From a virus: a stretch of DNA of 64,000 nucleotides. Positions within the stretch are counted from its first letter, which is position 1. Every line of letters starts with the position of its first letter. This document shows, piece by piece, positions 49,724 through 59,620 of the stretch. Location: IMG/VR virus record IMGVR_UViG_3300046049_000005, positions 1 to 64,000 of that record; one strand, given 5' to 3'. Below the pieces are notes generated by a model. That model searched no databases, had not been told where the DNA came from, and saw only the letters and a program-made list of their open reading frames with translations. A program made the position numbers and the translations under genes.

Positions 49724-51544
49724 TTACTTATCATTTGTCGTGATGTTAATTGAACCGTCCCGAGCGTTGGTGATTGCAACTTCGTTGTTATCGACAACGA
49801 GAACGTCAGCGCCGCTCGCGGTGGTTTCGGTATCGTCCGTTCCATCTCCGTTGGCGTCTATCTTCAGTGTGTCAACTTCCCAAACTCCCGTCTCTTCGGG
49901 GTTAACGAGTTTACGCTTCAGAACGGCTTCGTAGATGTCGTCACCGGGGTCAAGGCCCTCTACAAATTGGCCTCTGATAGCCGTTCCACCGATGTAGTCA
50001 ACGACAATAGATTTGATTTCGTTCTCGCCAACGTAGTTGTCATCGACTATGAGGTCAAGCTCGATGTCGAGATTGAGACGAACCGGGCGAGTCCAGCTAA
50101 TCGTTTCCGTATCGTTGGTAACGTCGGACTGAATATCGTACTCGGCCAGATTACCATTGATGCCGCCTACGTCGTGGGAATCAATAGAGGCCGTATTGAA
50201 TATCGCCTCTGCTATTTCTTCGTCTGCCCCGCCGTAAACAATTGCTTCAAAAGAATGGGGCGGAAGTCCATTGTCGCTCGTTGACTCTTCGCGGTTGCGA
50301 TTCAGCGTAAGTGCCTTTACGCCCTTTACCTCTCGAATCTGTGACTCAAGGGCGTTGGCGGTCGCCGCGCCTCCGATGGAATTACTATTAAAGGCACGCT
50401 CCCTCAATTCCTCGTCCGTTTCCCGGTTTTCACCAACCAAGAGAGGCGAAAAGTTAGTATCCTGAATCGTAGGCTTCCCAACGGCCACGGGATTCGTCAC
50501 CGATTGGATACCGGTAATGGGGTCGCCAATCGTGTTCACCGTGTATGGGCCGAGATTGCCCTCTGTACCGGGTTTGATAGAGCGTATGTTCAGTAGGACA
50601 GACCGAGTGGTTATCTCGTCTAAGAGTGCCGTAGCGTTCCCATCATACGACGCTATGCCGAACGCCCCCTCAGGCCATTCACGGTCAGCGCCGAGAGTAA
50701 TACTCGATAACTCGGTGTCGCGGCTGTTGCTTTCGTAGAGCGTTAGCTGATGGTCGTCATAATGGCCCCACCGAACTTCAGCATAGATGTTCTGATTGTT
50801 GGGAATATCGGCGCTGTTATTGATATTGGACCGAACCACAGAGTCTTCCTCGATAAGGCGGATGGATAGGTCGCCGCCGTTGCTGTTGATGACGGCTTCT
50901 AAGTAATTGGACTGGTCCTGAATCCCGAACCGCAGAGCGGTCTTTGACCCATCCTCGACTTTGAGGTCGGTGGTGAAGACGGTGCCAATACCGTACAGCT
51001 CTTCTGTAAATATATCGACACCATCCGTCGCGGGAACTTGGAGCGCCCGCTCTTCAGTCATCTCGTCTGTCTCTACGATGTCGTATTCAGCAACGTCGCC
51101 GTCCCAGTTGTTGAAGTTTCCACTTTCCCATCCGTCGATGTAGGCGAGCTTACTGCTCTGCGTAAGCTCATATTCAATAGGGTCCGACCCCCCCGTTTGG
51201 ACTCTGCTACCCCGAGGAATGATGTAATCAGAAGTAGGAGGCGACTCACGCCACATCCGAACGACCCCGGTGGAACTGCTGGCTTCGAGGCGGTTGAGGT
51301 CGATAATATCCACCACCTTATCGAGGTCTTCCCCGGTTGCGTCTTCCAGATACGCGGCCTGATAGATGCGCTGAAGGGCTTCTTCTTGATTCTGCACAAG
51401 TGTCTCGGCCTCTGCCGCAAGCTGTGCGCTAACGAGGTCGCCGGGCTGTGCAGTCGTGTCCAGTTCCTTGTTGAGATTTCGTTCGAGACTGCGCTGAATC
51501 TCTTCCTTAGTGAGTTTTTCGTACTCTCCGTCTTTGAGTGGCAT
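49724..51544 (-). CDS. baseplate J-like (T4 gp6 / P2 gpJ family) protein
   Basis: 606 aa. The N-terminal region (LDKVVDIIDLNRLEASSSTGVVRMWRESPP...IPRGSRVQT) fits the Baseplate_J pattern. It follows a gp25-like gene. Confidence 0.65.
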   Translation of the reverse strand: MPLKDGEYEKLTKEEIQRSLERNLNKELDTTAQPGDLVSAQLAAEAETLVQNQEEALQRIYQAAYLEDATGEDLDKVVDIIDLNRLEASSSTGVVRMWRESPPTSDYIIPRGSRVQTGGSDPIEYELTQSSKLAYIDGWESGNFNNWDGDVAEYDIVETDEMTEERALQVPATDGVDIFTEELYGIGTVFTTDLKVEDGSKTALRFGIQDQSNYLEAVINSNGGDLSIRLIEEDSVVRSNINNSADIPNNQNIYAEVRWGHYDDHQLTLYESNSRDTELSSITLGADREWPEGAFGIASYDGNATALLDEITTRSVLLNIRSIKPGTEGNLGPYTVNTIGDPITGIQSVTNPVAVGKPTIQDTNFSPLLVGENRETDEELRERAFNSNSIGGAATANALESQIREVKGVKALTLNRNREESTSDNGLPPHSFEAIVYGGADEEIAEAIFNTASIDSHDVGGINGNLAEYDIQSDVTNDTETISWTRPVRLNLDIELDLIVDDNYVGENEIKSIVVDYIGGTAIRGQFVEGLDPGDDIYEAVLKRKLVNPEETGVWEVDTLKIDANGDGTDDTETTASGADVLVVDNNEVAITNARDGSINITTNDK

Positions 51545-51864
51545 TATAGAAGTTCTCGGTATTTTTCACCAGACTTGTAGTTTATCACTACTTCAAGGTC
51601 GTTCGTTGCGTCCAGCGGTTTGTTTACTTCGACATTCTTGATTCTGTCAACAATGTCGAACTGTTTCGCAATCCGCACCGCACGTAGTGTAATCTTTTCT
51701 TCAATCGTAGAAACAGACTTGTACGTGCCGAGCAGGTCTTGTAGCTCGTCGTTTAGATAGATGATAAGGTCCTGCTCGAACTCTTCTCGACCGCTGACCG
51801 TAGCGAAGTCTTGAAAGTCGTTGAAATGAAGGTCGAAATCTCCATCGACTGAATAGTCAACCAT
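51544..51864 (-). CDS. baseplate wedge protein, gp25/gpW-like
   Basis: 106 aa. Size and position (between the spike and the J-like gene) are typical. Confidence 0.5.
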   Translation of the reverse strand: MVDYSVDGDFDLHFNDFQDFATVSGREEFEQDLIIYLNDELQDLLGTYKSVSTIEEKITLRAVRIAKQFDIVDRIKNVEVNKPLDATNDLEVVINYKSGEKYRELL

Positions 51865-51867
51865 TGC

Positions 51868-52308
51868 TTAGTTTGGTTTGCTCGTTTCGCTACCGTCCGA
51901 TTCTGTGTGAGTGTGGCTATTGAAGTCTGTTCCGTTTATCGAAACGCTCTCAGCGTTGATATTCACGCTACCAGAAGCCGAGACAGTCACATCATAGCCG
52001 CCATCACTACTTTGCCTTATCGAGACTTCCGTTTCTGAATCAAACCGAAGCGAAAGTTCGCCCTCGTTGAGATTTTCCATATCGGAGGGCTGGCCGTCTT
52101 TGGTGCCGAGAATGTGAGAGATAAAGCGGCGGTCCCCTTCGAGTTTGTGCATCGCCACCTTCTCCCCCTGTTCGGGAACCTGGATAAATCCAGAATGGGG
52201 CTTCATGACGGGGACGTTTTTGTACTCTGTATTTGTACGAATAGGTTCAACGTTGCAGTACGTGACCCCATCTCTGAACTTGACAGTCGTGACAGTCCCG
52301 TGTTCCAT
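51868..52308 (-). CDS. baseplate spike, gpV/Mu gp45-like
   Basis: 146 aa. N-terminal OB-like MEHGTVTTVKF...VPVMKPHSGFIQVPEQGEKVAMHKLEGD and C-terminal FNSHTHTESDGSETSKPN resemble the phage base_V family. Confidence 0.6.
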   Translation of the reverse strand: MEHGTVTTVKFRDGVTYCNVEPIRTNTEYKNVPVMKPHSGFIQVPEQGEKVAMHKLEGDRRFISHILGTKDGQPSDMENLNEGELSLRFDSETEVSIRQSSDGGYDVTVSASGSVNINAESVSINGTDFNSHTHTESDGSETSKPN

Positions 52309-52309
52309 A

Positions 52310-53788
52310 CTAGTTTATGTTGTAGATGCCCGGCAGATGTTCTATCTCTGTATCCAACTCTTGCCGAAGCCCATCTTCACCGGGATAGGCATACCCGAAG
52401 CCAAGTTCAATCTCGTCTGGCTCAAAGAGTTCGTCCATAGCGAGATTCGCGTTAATCGTCCAATCTCCGCCTTTGGTGAGATTGTGTGACACCGAGGTCA
52501 CGAGATAGCGTTCGTTGTAGACGAATTGGTTACAGTGGTCGTCTAACTCGGGTATTTCTTGGGTGTATTCGCCCGAGGTTGCATCCGGATTATCGAAGTG
52601 AACGTCTTCGGGAACCATCCTGATGCGGTGGCCCGGATAGAGGTTCTGAACAGAGCTAAACTTTGAACCCGAAAGGTTGGGGTCTATCCCCGTGCTTCCG
52701 CTGTTCTGTTTCTTGATTTCGTCTCTCAGTATGAGATATGCGACTTCTCTGATGTTGTCCTTTTTTGCATTAGAGGACCGTACAAGAATCTGTTTCCCAT
52801 TAGGAATATCGGTACGCTCGGCTATCCCTATCGCCCGAGCTTCCGCGGCTCCTCCGGTGTCGCTCTTGTCAAACCAAGATGCAACTTCTTGTATGAAGTC
52901 TCCCTCACCGCCAGGGCCGGGTTCGTCTACCCACGCTCCTTCGACCACGACCTTCTTGATAGGTTCTCGGGAGTGGCTGATGTTGGGGTCTTTGTAGCGC
53001 CATGCTCGGTCATCGTCAGGCGCAGCGTAGTGAACGATTGGCTTTGCCTCGGGAATCCCAACGACAAGCGTGGAGTCACCGTCAATCCACGACTTCACTC
53101 CGAACTTCTCATTGAGGTCCTGAACGGCTTCGAGCGGTGTAACGTTCTGATAATCAACAGCGTGAGCGCCGCTCAAGACTCGTCCCCATATCTCTTCGGC
53201 GCTGTCAGGATTATTGAAAATCGCCTTCAGTATTTCAGAGTCGTCAAATGGATTCAGTCGGTCCGTGATATTGTCCCCCTGAAGGTCTTCGGGCTTAATC
53301 TGCGTTGGCTTCTCTCGAATAAAATCGCCAAAGCTGAAAAGGTTCCTCACTTTGCTTTCGGGGACCGTGAAACGGACCGTATCGATAAGGCGGTTGTTGG
53401 CCTGATTGATTACGTCTTCGTAGATATTCCGAAGCTGAATGTTGTCTCTCTGTATGTTGACCGTGCCATCACTCAGCGCCTTATGGAGGTCGAGGAGTTT
53501 GATGTACGTCTCGTCGTTCGTGTAGTCAACGCCGTCCGGCGTGAACATCAGACGCTTCACTCGCTCTCCATCTACGAAAACATCAGCGGGAAGTAGGTCG
53601 TGAAGAGCGCCATCAACAAACCGAGTGTGAGGCTGCATCTCTTTCCCCACCTTCTTCGGAAACTGCATACGACAGTAGTCGTATTTGTTCCGATTAAGCT
53701 CCAGATTCATCGTGGTCGGACGTATATGTAGAATCTCTGCGCCCGACTTGTCACGAATCTTTAAGGTCCAGTCTCCTTCACAAGCCAT
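52310..53788 (-). CDS. baseplate hub/late-control gpD-like protein
   Basis: 492 aa, lying between the tape-measure block and the spike, as in Mu gp44 and P2 gpD. Positional call. Confidence 0.5.
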   Translation of the reverse strand: MACEGDWTLKIRDKSGAEILHIRPTTMNLELNRNKYDYCRMQFPKKVGKEMQPHTRFVDGALHDLLPADVFVDGERVKRLMFTPDGVDYTNDETYIKLLDLHKALSDGTVNIQRDNIQLRNIYEDVINQANNRLIDTVRFTVPESKVRNLFSFGDFIREKPTQIKPEDLQGDNITDRLNPFDDSEILKAIFNNPDSAEEIWGRVLSGAHAVDYQNVTPLEAVQDLNEKFGVKSWIDGDSTLVVGIPEAKPIVHYAAPDDDRAWRYKDPNISHSREPIKKVVVEGAWVDEPGPGGEGDFIQEVASWFDKSDTGGAAEARAIGIAERTDIPNGKQILVRSSNAKKDNIREVAYLILRDEIKKQNSGSTGIDPNLSGSKFSSVQNLYPGHRIRMVPEDVHFDNPDATSGEYTQEIPELDDHCNQFVYNERYLVTSVSHNLTKGGDWTINANLAMDELFEPDEIELGFGYAYPGEDGLRQELDTEIEHLPGIYNIN

Positions 53789-54321
53789 TATTGCGGTGTA
53801 GGGTTGGTCTGCGTAATCTTAGAGATGATAACATTGCGTTCGTTGCTCTCGGACTCGTCGCGCCCCGTCGAAACCAAATCAAGGGTGTATTCGAACATCC
53901 ATTGCTGGTTCTCGGGGTCCCAACCCGCCTGTTGACCAAGCTCCCCCTTCTTGAGGTAACACTCCATACCGCCGAAGGGAGTGAGAGGAGAAAGAAGGTC
54001 TACACTTCCGGGGTAGTCCAGCAACGCCTGAAAGATGTTGATTTCGCCCTGGAGAATAACGCCAGTGGCGTGGAACTCTCTATTCTTAATAGACTTTATC
54101 GAAACTGACTCCGACTCGCATTTTCCGCCATACCGCTTCAGTTCTTTTTCCTTCATCTGAGTGAAGCGGTCGGGGTAGAACTTTGGACTAAAGGACCACG
54201 CCTTATCGGTGGGGGATATTTCGAATCCAAGCTCCTTGACGGGACTCGCGTAAGTCTGCTCTATTTCGGATTGGGGTCCATCTGACGATGAAAACCCACC
54301 AGCAAAGTCAGCAGTAACCAT
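53788..54321 (-). CDS. tail/baseplate assembly protein
   Basis: 177 aa, directly downstream of the tape-measure gene. Positional call. Confidence 0.45.
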   Translation of the reverse strand: MVTADFAGGFSSSDGPQSEIEQTYASPVKELGFEISPTDKAWSFSPKFYPDRFTQMKEKELKRYGGKCESESVSIKSIKNREFHATGVILQGEINIFQALLDYPGSVDLLSPLTPFGGMECYLKKGELGQQAGWDPENQQWMFEYTLDLVSTGRDESESNERNVIISKITQTNPTPQ

Positions 54322-56408
54322 TAGTTCTCTGTGTCAACGCCAGGGAGGTCGGTTGCCTTTCGTTTCTCCATCTGTCTTTGGTTGATGTCTTCAACTTGCT
54401 TTCTCGTCGCGTAGTCGTCACCCGAACCAGCGTCGTAGTTGAACTGCCGATTGTCGTTGTAGACCATACCCCCTGAACCGCCGGGGCGACCTGGGCCTCT
54501 GCCGTCGCTCACGTCGGGTCCTTTTTGACCAACATCCATCGCGTTGAACGCCGCCAAACCAGTTCCAACAACTGCCAAGCCAATTCCCGTAGCGGAAAGC
54601 AAACCAACAACAGTCATAAGGACTTTTTGAAGGGTTGTCAAGCTGGCTATGGATGTCCACACGTGGCTGTTGAGCAACGTGAAGGCCATCTTGATGCCGT
54701 TTATCACCGAACCGCTACCAATCAGTAGGAGCCGTCCGATGACAAAGTTTAGCATTTTCCCCATCGCCATCAGCGAGAGCGTGAGACGTGTCGCCATCGA
54801 CCCTAACAGAGCGCCGACAACGAGGACCGATAACACGGACCCAACGAGACGGTTGCTGAAGAGGTTGCTAAGATAGGCGACTACACCGATAAGGGGTTCG
54901 GCTGCTGCGACTATCCGCGACAGCAGAAGCGAGAAGTTGAACAGAATCTTCAGCAGGTCCTTTACTGCCTTTCCGAGATTAATCAGTAGCTCCTGGTTCT
55001 CGAACGTGACTCTGAAGAGGAACGAGAAGAAATCAAGGATATTCGTTGAAGCGATTTCGGTAAACCGAACCGCCAACTGACCTATCTCTTTCTCCTTCCC
55101 GACAATCCTGTCGATGGCAGTTTCAATGTCGTTCGATAGAATCGCGCCAACTGCCATCAGGGTATCTTCGAACCTCGTGAACCCCTTCATCGAGTCAGCA
55201 ATCCCGCTGAGGCCGCTCGGAATCTTATCGAAGATTCTGGACTGAACGGGTGCGAAGTCCTGAGCGGTTCCTTGGAAAACCTCAAAGAGTTCTTCCTTGA
55301 GGTCGCTTACCTCTTCTTTGGCTCGCTCCATCGAAGAGGCCATGTCTTCGCCGTGGCCGACGAGTCCAAGGCCGATAATGGCGGCTCCGGCCCCGGCGAC
55401 AGCACCCATTGCGGATGCAACACCCAGCAGTTGCGCTCCAAGAACGACTAATAGCGGAATAAAGGCCGAAACGATAGCGCGAATCTGAGTGTAGCTTGGC
55501 TTGAGCCGACCCAAGCTCTTCACGACCTTTCGCTGAGAAACGTCCAGCTCCTCGAACGCATCGGTGGCAGACTCGATATTGTTTATACGCTTGTAGAGGT
55601 CTGTATCAGCGAGCGTTTTCCGCTTTGAGTGTATCGGTTCGCTCGGTCCGGAACGGGCATTTCGCTCTATATCAAGCTGTTCTGGAGTCGAAAGTTGCCT
55701 CCTCGCTTCTTGGTTTAGGTCCCTAAAGGACCCATCTTCCATCATCGAGAAGTCGGGATTGATTTTATCCATCGAGAGAAGAAGATTCTTCTTTCGCTGG
55801 AATTGCTCAAAGCTCCCGAACTCAGGGGGTGTAGCCTTCTCTTTCAGACGTTCGCCGCGGGCGTTGGCGTGCAGACCGACGCCGAACTCTTCACTAAAAA
55901 TGCGCTCTCGAAGCGGAGTGTTCTTTTCTTCTTCCGTAAGGTGAATGTCCTGCCCTTTGGCGAAGTCGGCAAAGTCGTGCTTGAGAAGATTTAAATCCTC
56001 GTTCGATAGAACATCATCAAAAATATCGCCAAACCGACTCCTTGCAATAGCCTTCTTACTGCGGGTGTCTCTGTCACCATCCCTCCCCTTATCGGGAGGG
56101 TCGTCGCCAGTGCTGTCCCCGTCGCCAGTTTCTCCGTCAGGCGTATCGTGGACGACGTTTAGCTCTGCATCATCGATGGCCTCAGCGGCGTTTTCCATCC
56201 GACGAGCCGCATTGAGAGAATCTATATCGAGGTCGTCAAGAGCCTCACCAAGCTCGTCAATGATACCAGTAAGCTCACCAATGTCTTCGTCAATGTCTAT
56301 CTCTATATCGTCGGCAACTCGCTCCAGACCTTTGAGCGAAGCGGCAATGGCTCCGATTTTGCCTTGCGCTTCAGCCGCGTCAAGGTCAATCTCAATATCA
56401 ACAGACAT
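54321..56408 (-). CDS. tail tape-measure protein
   Basis: 695 aa. Acidic coiled N-terminus, central hydrophobic Gly/Ala-rich helices (AMGAVAGAGAAIIGLGLVG; LLSATGIGLAVVGTGLAAF). Position after the chaperone genes. Confidence 0.75.
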   Translation of the reverse strand: MSVDIEIDLDAAEAQGKIGAIAASLKGLERVADDIEIDIDEDIGELTGIIDELGEALDDLDIDSLNAARRMENAAEAIDDAELNVVHDTPDGETGDGDSTGDDPPDKGRDGDRDTRSKKAIARSRFGDIFDDVLSNEDLNLLKHDFADFAKGQDIHLTEEEKNTPLRERIFSEEFGVGLHANARGERLKEKATPPEFGSFEQFQRKKNLLLSMDKINPDFSMMEDGSFRDLNQEARRQLSTPEQLDIERNARSGPSEPIHSKRKTLADTDLYKRINNIESATDAFEELDVSQRKVVKSLGRLKPSYTQIRAIVSAFIPLLVVLGAQLLGVASAMGAVAGAGAAIIGLGLVGHGEDMASSMERAKEEVSDLKEELFEVFQGTAQDFAPVQSRIFDKIPSGLSGIADSMKGFTRFEDTLMAVGAILSNDIETAIDRIVGKEKEIGQLAVRFTEIASTNILDFFSFLFRVTFENQELLINLGKAVKDLLKILFNFSLLLSRIVAAAEPLIGVVAYLSNLFSNRLVGSVLSVLVVGALLGSMATRLTLSLMAMGKMLNFVIGRLLLIGSGSVINGIKMAFTLLNSHVWTSIASLTTLQKVLMTVVGLLSATGIGLAVVGTGLAAFNAMDVGQKGPDVSDGRGPGRPGGSGGMVYNDNRQFNYDAGSGDDYATRKQVEDINQRQMEKRKATDLPGVDTEN

Positions 56409-56416
56409 CGATTAGA

Positions 56417-56696
56417 TTAGTGAACTTTGTGGTCGGGGTTTTCGCTCTTGTTAATGTAGCGAACCGTCTCTTCCTGTCTCATATCAGAGCTACCAACAGA
56501 GCCGCTATTGCGGGCATTATGCTGACGGCCCCCGCCCTGATTCTGCATTTCTTCTCGCTTTTCTTCTTCTTTCTCGGCTTCCCACTTCTCGGCATAGTCG
56601 AGGACTTGATTTTGGAACGGGGTAAGTTGTGCCAGATGGTCTACACCGGGAAGGTCCGTTACCCCTGCCGAGTGGTTCTCAATGCGGTTTTTGAAC
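56417..56696 (-). CDS. start-codon-less ORF in the +1 frame of the tail chaperone (candidate frameshift extension)
   Basis: This frame is open from ~56789 to the TAA at 56417-56419. Its first ATG is ~65 codons in. The sequence reads ...NRIENHSAGVTDLPGVDHLAQLTPFQNQVLDYAEKWEAEKEEEKREEMQNQGGGRQHN... It overlaps the end of 56697..57179 by ~30 codons. Confidence 0.4.
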
Positions 56697-57179
56697 CTAC
56701 TCCCCGCCCCCGTCTCTGCGAAAGGTTTCTGCCTTATCAGCGTCCGAAGAAATCTCCAGAACGCGCTCTGCGATAACGAGGGACTTTCCGCCCTGAAGCA
56801 TCGAAACTATTTCTTTTACCCCCTCTTCGTCTTCGCCTTCAGCGATGCCCTGCGCAGCGTCGATACCCAACGCCGCTGCTTCGTGCATTATCTCTACGAA
56901 GTCTTCGTCAAACTGTTCGGGGTCGATGTTCCCCTCGTCGTCCTTGCCCTCTTCCAGCGCCTCCTGCGCTTCTTCGGCGTCCATGTCGAGACGACTTTCG
57001 AGGAAGGCCGCAATCGGAAGGAACTCTTCGTCAACGAGTGGTCGAACATAGAGTTCGCCTTCCATGTCGTAGTACGTAAAGTCGATAACGTCGCGGAACT
57101 CGTCGCCTCGAAGGGCCATCTCACGCAGACGGCTAATGTTAGTGTCGCTACTCTCGTCGGTGTTCTTGTTCTCGGTCAT
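56697..57179 (-). CDS. tail assembly chaperone
   Basis: 160 aa, very acidic, lying between the tube and tape-measure genes. Confidence 0.6.
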   Translation of the reverse strand: MTENKNTDESSDTNISRLREMALRGDEFRDVIDFTYYDMEGELYVRPLVDEEFLPIAAFLESRLDMDAEEAQEALEEGKDDEGNIDPEQFDEDFVEIMHEAAALGIDAAQGIAEGEDEEGVKEIVSMLQGGKSLVIAERVLEISSDADKAETFRRDGGGE

Positions 57180-57238
57180 GATTAGTTTGTTTCGGTGATA
57201 TTAAGATAGAAGGGAAATCCTCGATAAGGCGGGGAGAC

Positions 57239-57748
57239 TTACTGGGGCTGGTCGCTACCGCGGTCCATCGCAACCCAGTCGAAGGCCGTCTCGGTTTCGG
57301 AACCGGAACGGACTTCGTAGCTCTCGGAGTTCGCCAGAACGTGCTTGTATCGCTCAGGCTCGTCGTTAAGCTCGTGGTTGATGTTGATGGTCATCGGGAT
57401 GGGGACCCCGTGGTCATCGTACATGAAGTCGGTCAGCGGGGCGCTCTCTTCGCTTCCACTTCCCGAAACCTGCTTCGTGAAGCGCGACCCCTTGAACATC
57501 ATCGTCCCCGAATAGGAGATGCTGGTGATGGAGTATCCGCTTGCCTTCAGGGAAGACTCACGAATCTCAGAAATCTCGACCTCCTTCGTCGTATCGAGTC
57601 GGGAAATTGGGATTTCGTAGTAGTCAGCTTCAGTCTCTCCATTGAAGCTTCCGTCTTCGTAGTTGACTCCGCTGTCAGTCCCACGAGAGACAATGAGCGT
57701 AATGTTTCCAGCCGATTCAACGCGGTCAACAGTACCGTTTCGTGCCAT
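57239..57748 (-). CDS. tail tube protein
   Basis: 169 aa, immediately downstream of the sheath-sized gene (P2 FI/FII order). Confidence 0.55.
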   Translation of the reverse strand: MARNGTVDRVESAGNITLIVSRGTDSGVNYEDGSFNGETEADYYEIPISRLDTTKEVEISEIRESSLKASGYSITSISYSGTMMFKGSRFTKQVSGSGSEESAPLTDFMYDDHGVPIPMTININHELNDEPERYKHVLANSESYEVRSGSETETAFDWVAMDRGSDQPQ

Positions 57749-57784
57749 ATTGAATTAAAGTTAGGTGAATAGAGTCTTTCGCGT

Positions 57785-59071
57785 CTATTCGATAGTGACG
57801 GTGTTCCTGATGAACCGAAGCGGCTCAACAAGGTCCACAGACATTTCCAGCCCGGCAGTCACGGCGTTTTCCTTCAGAACGTTGACCTCATAGTTGAGAA
57901 CGACATCGGACTCCTGAAGCTGAACCAGACTGTCATCGACCATACCTTCCAGCGTGTTCCGAACGGTCTGGCTATTCAGCTTGCCGATGAACGGCTTCTG
58001 GTTGTCGCGGGTCGTCTCGATAATGTAGTCGGCAACGAGGCGATTGAAGCCGTAGCCGAGGTTGGCCTCGTCGGTGTTCGACTCCGAAACCGTCGTGGGG
58101 TCGTCGGTAACGCGAACGCCGCGAGACTCGTCAGCCAGAGCCACAACATCTTCGTCACCGAGCGAACTGCGCTCGGCGCGAGTCAGCGTTTCAGCAAGAC
58201 GCTTGTTCGTGCTGAGGCGCTTGTTGATGGGCGTGGTCGCCAGACCCAGTTGGGCCTTGAACCCGACGTAGGCGGCGAGCGCCGAACTGCCATCCTCGAA
58301 GCGCGTCGGATACACAACCTGCGTCCGGCTGTCGTCGTAGTTCTGCGTAAACGCAGTCGGGTCGAGCGCAATGTCGGCCCCACCCACGGCAAGCGCGAGG
58401 TTGTAGCTATCCTCCATATTGCCGACATGAGTGTTGGCGGCATCAACGACAGACGCCCGCTCCGAAAGCGGAAGGAGGAAATCGATAACGTCAGCGACCT
58501 CGTTGACCATCACGTCAAGGCCCGTCGCGTAGTCGAAGTGTTCGTAGTCAACCGTAAGCGAACTGGACGGGACGCTCGAAATCTCCACGTTCGCCCTGAC
58601 GGGGTTGACGTAGGCCTCGCCCTCTGCGGGAGAGTAGGAATCCACGTCGTCGCGGACGAGGGTAACATCCTGGTTACTACCGTCGAGCGTAACCTCGATG
58701 CTGTCAGCGTCCTCCCGAATCGGCCCGTTATCGAGACTGACCGTGGTGGAACCAACGCCGCTCTGGTCTTCATTGCTAACTGCGGTGCTTTGGGTCGCAA
58801 CAGCGTAGACCGGGTAGGCTCCCTCGTTGAGAGCATCGATAACGGCCTCGGTGAGCATCGAAGAGTCGCGGGGGCCGAACCACTCGACCGCCTTCGAAGC
58901 GCGGGTTACTTGATAGACGTTGCCTGTGTCAGCCGGACTGTTCGCGTTAGCGAGGTCTGCCTGACCAACGATACCAACATCACTCGGAGCCTCACCCGAA
59001 GTCGGCACAGCCGCCGAAGAGGTAAGGTCCGTAATGATGCCGGGTTCTGAATTGTCTCCGTATTGAGTCAT
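57785..59071 (-). CDS. contractile tail sheath protein
   Basis: 428 aa. The size and the sheath-tube-chaperone-tape measure order are typical of myoviruses. No motif was checked. Confidence 0.55.
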   Translation of the reverse strand: MTQYGDNSEPGIITDLTSSAAVPTSGEAPSDVGIVGQADLANANSPADTGNVYQVTRASKAVEWFGPRDSSMLTEAVIDALNEGAYPVYAVATQSTAVSNEDQSGVGSTTVSLDNGPIREDADSIEVTLDGSNQDVTLVRDDVDSYSPAEGEAYVNPVRANVEISSVPSSSLTVDYEHFDYATGLDVMVNEVADVIDFLLPLSERASVVDAANTHVGNMEDSYNLALAVGGADIALDPTAFTQNYDDSRTQVVYPTRFEDGSSALAAYVGFKAQLGLATTPINKRLSTNKRLAETLTRAERSSLGDEDVVALADESRGVRVTDDPTTVSESNTDEANLGYGFNRLVADYIIETTRDNQKPFIGKLNSQTVRNTLEGMVDDSLVQLQESDVVLNYEVNVLKENAVTAGLEMSVDLVEPLRFIRNTVTIE

Positions 59072-59087
59072 ATTGTATTGGTGATAA

Positions 59088-59618
59088 CTATGGGTTGAAC
59101 GCGAAGCTGTTCTTCACGTCTTCGAGTAAATCTTCGTTCATGTCGTCCAAAGTACGGACAATTGTGTGGTCGCCGTGGAACCTCGCTGAAACCATCAGTT
59201 CGCTCTCTTTGGGTTCCGTGAACCGATTCGTGGGGTTTCCGTCAGCCGACAGTTCGCACTCTTTCAGTTCGTCGTGAAAGAGAATCGGGTTCTCACGAAT
59301 GAGCCGAAGCTCCTGCTTGACGGATTCCTTGAGTCTGCTTACCTCAACCTCATCACTATGTCGAACCAAAAATTCGACTCTGGTGCTAAAGTCGAAGTTG
59401 AGGTATCGTTCGTACTCCAGTTCCCCGTCGCCATCGAAGTCTCCGATTGCATCCCCCGCGAACGCGGAGTTATGGAAATTAAAGTCTCGGGTGTCCCAAT
59501 CATCGATAACAATAACCGGGACGGGACGTTCATCGTCCATTGCAGAGGTGCGCACCGGAGCAGAAAGGCGCGACGACAGATGTGACTGTATTGACTTTAT
59601 TAGTTCAGTTTCATCCAT
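59088..59618 (-). CDS. neck/tail-completion protein
   Basis: 176 aa, positional call. Confidence 0.45.
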   Translation of the reverse strand: MDETELIKSIQSHLSSRLSAPVRTSAMDDERPVPVIVIDDWDTRDFNFHNSAFAGDAIGDFDGDGELEYERYLNFDFSTRVEFLVRHSDEVEVSRLKESVKQELRLIRENPILFHDELKECELSADGNPTNRFTEPKESELMVSARFHGDHTIVRTLDDMNEDLLEDVKNSFAFNP

Positions 59619-59620
59619 AT

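Noticed and set aside
56409-56700. A canonical -1 frameshift for the tail chaperone extension
   Set aside because: Coordinate arithmetic places the open downstream frame at +1 (or -2), not -1. I also found no X-XXY-YYZ slippery heptamer in the overlap, so the mechanism is left open.
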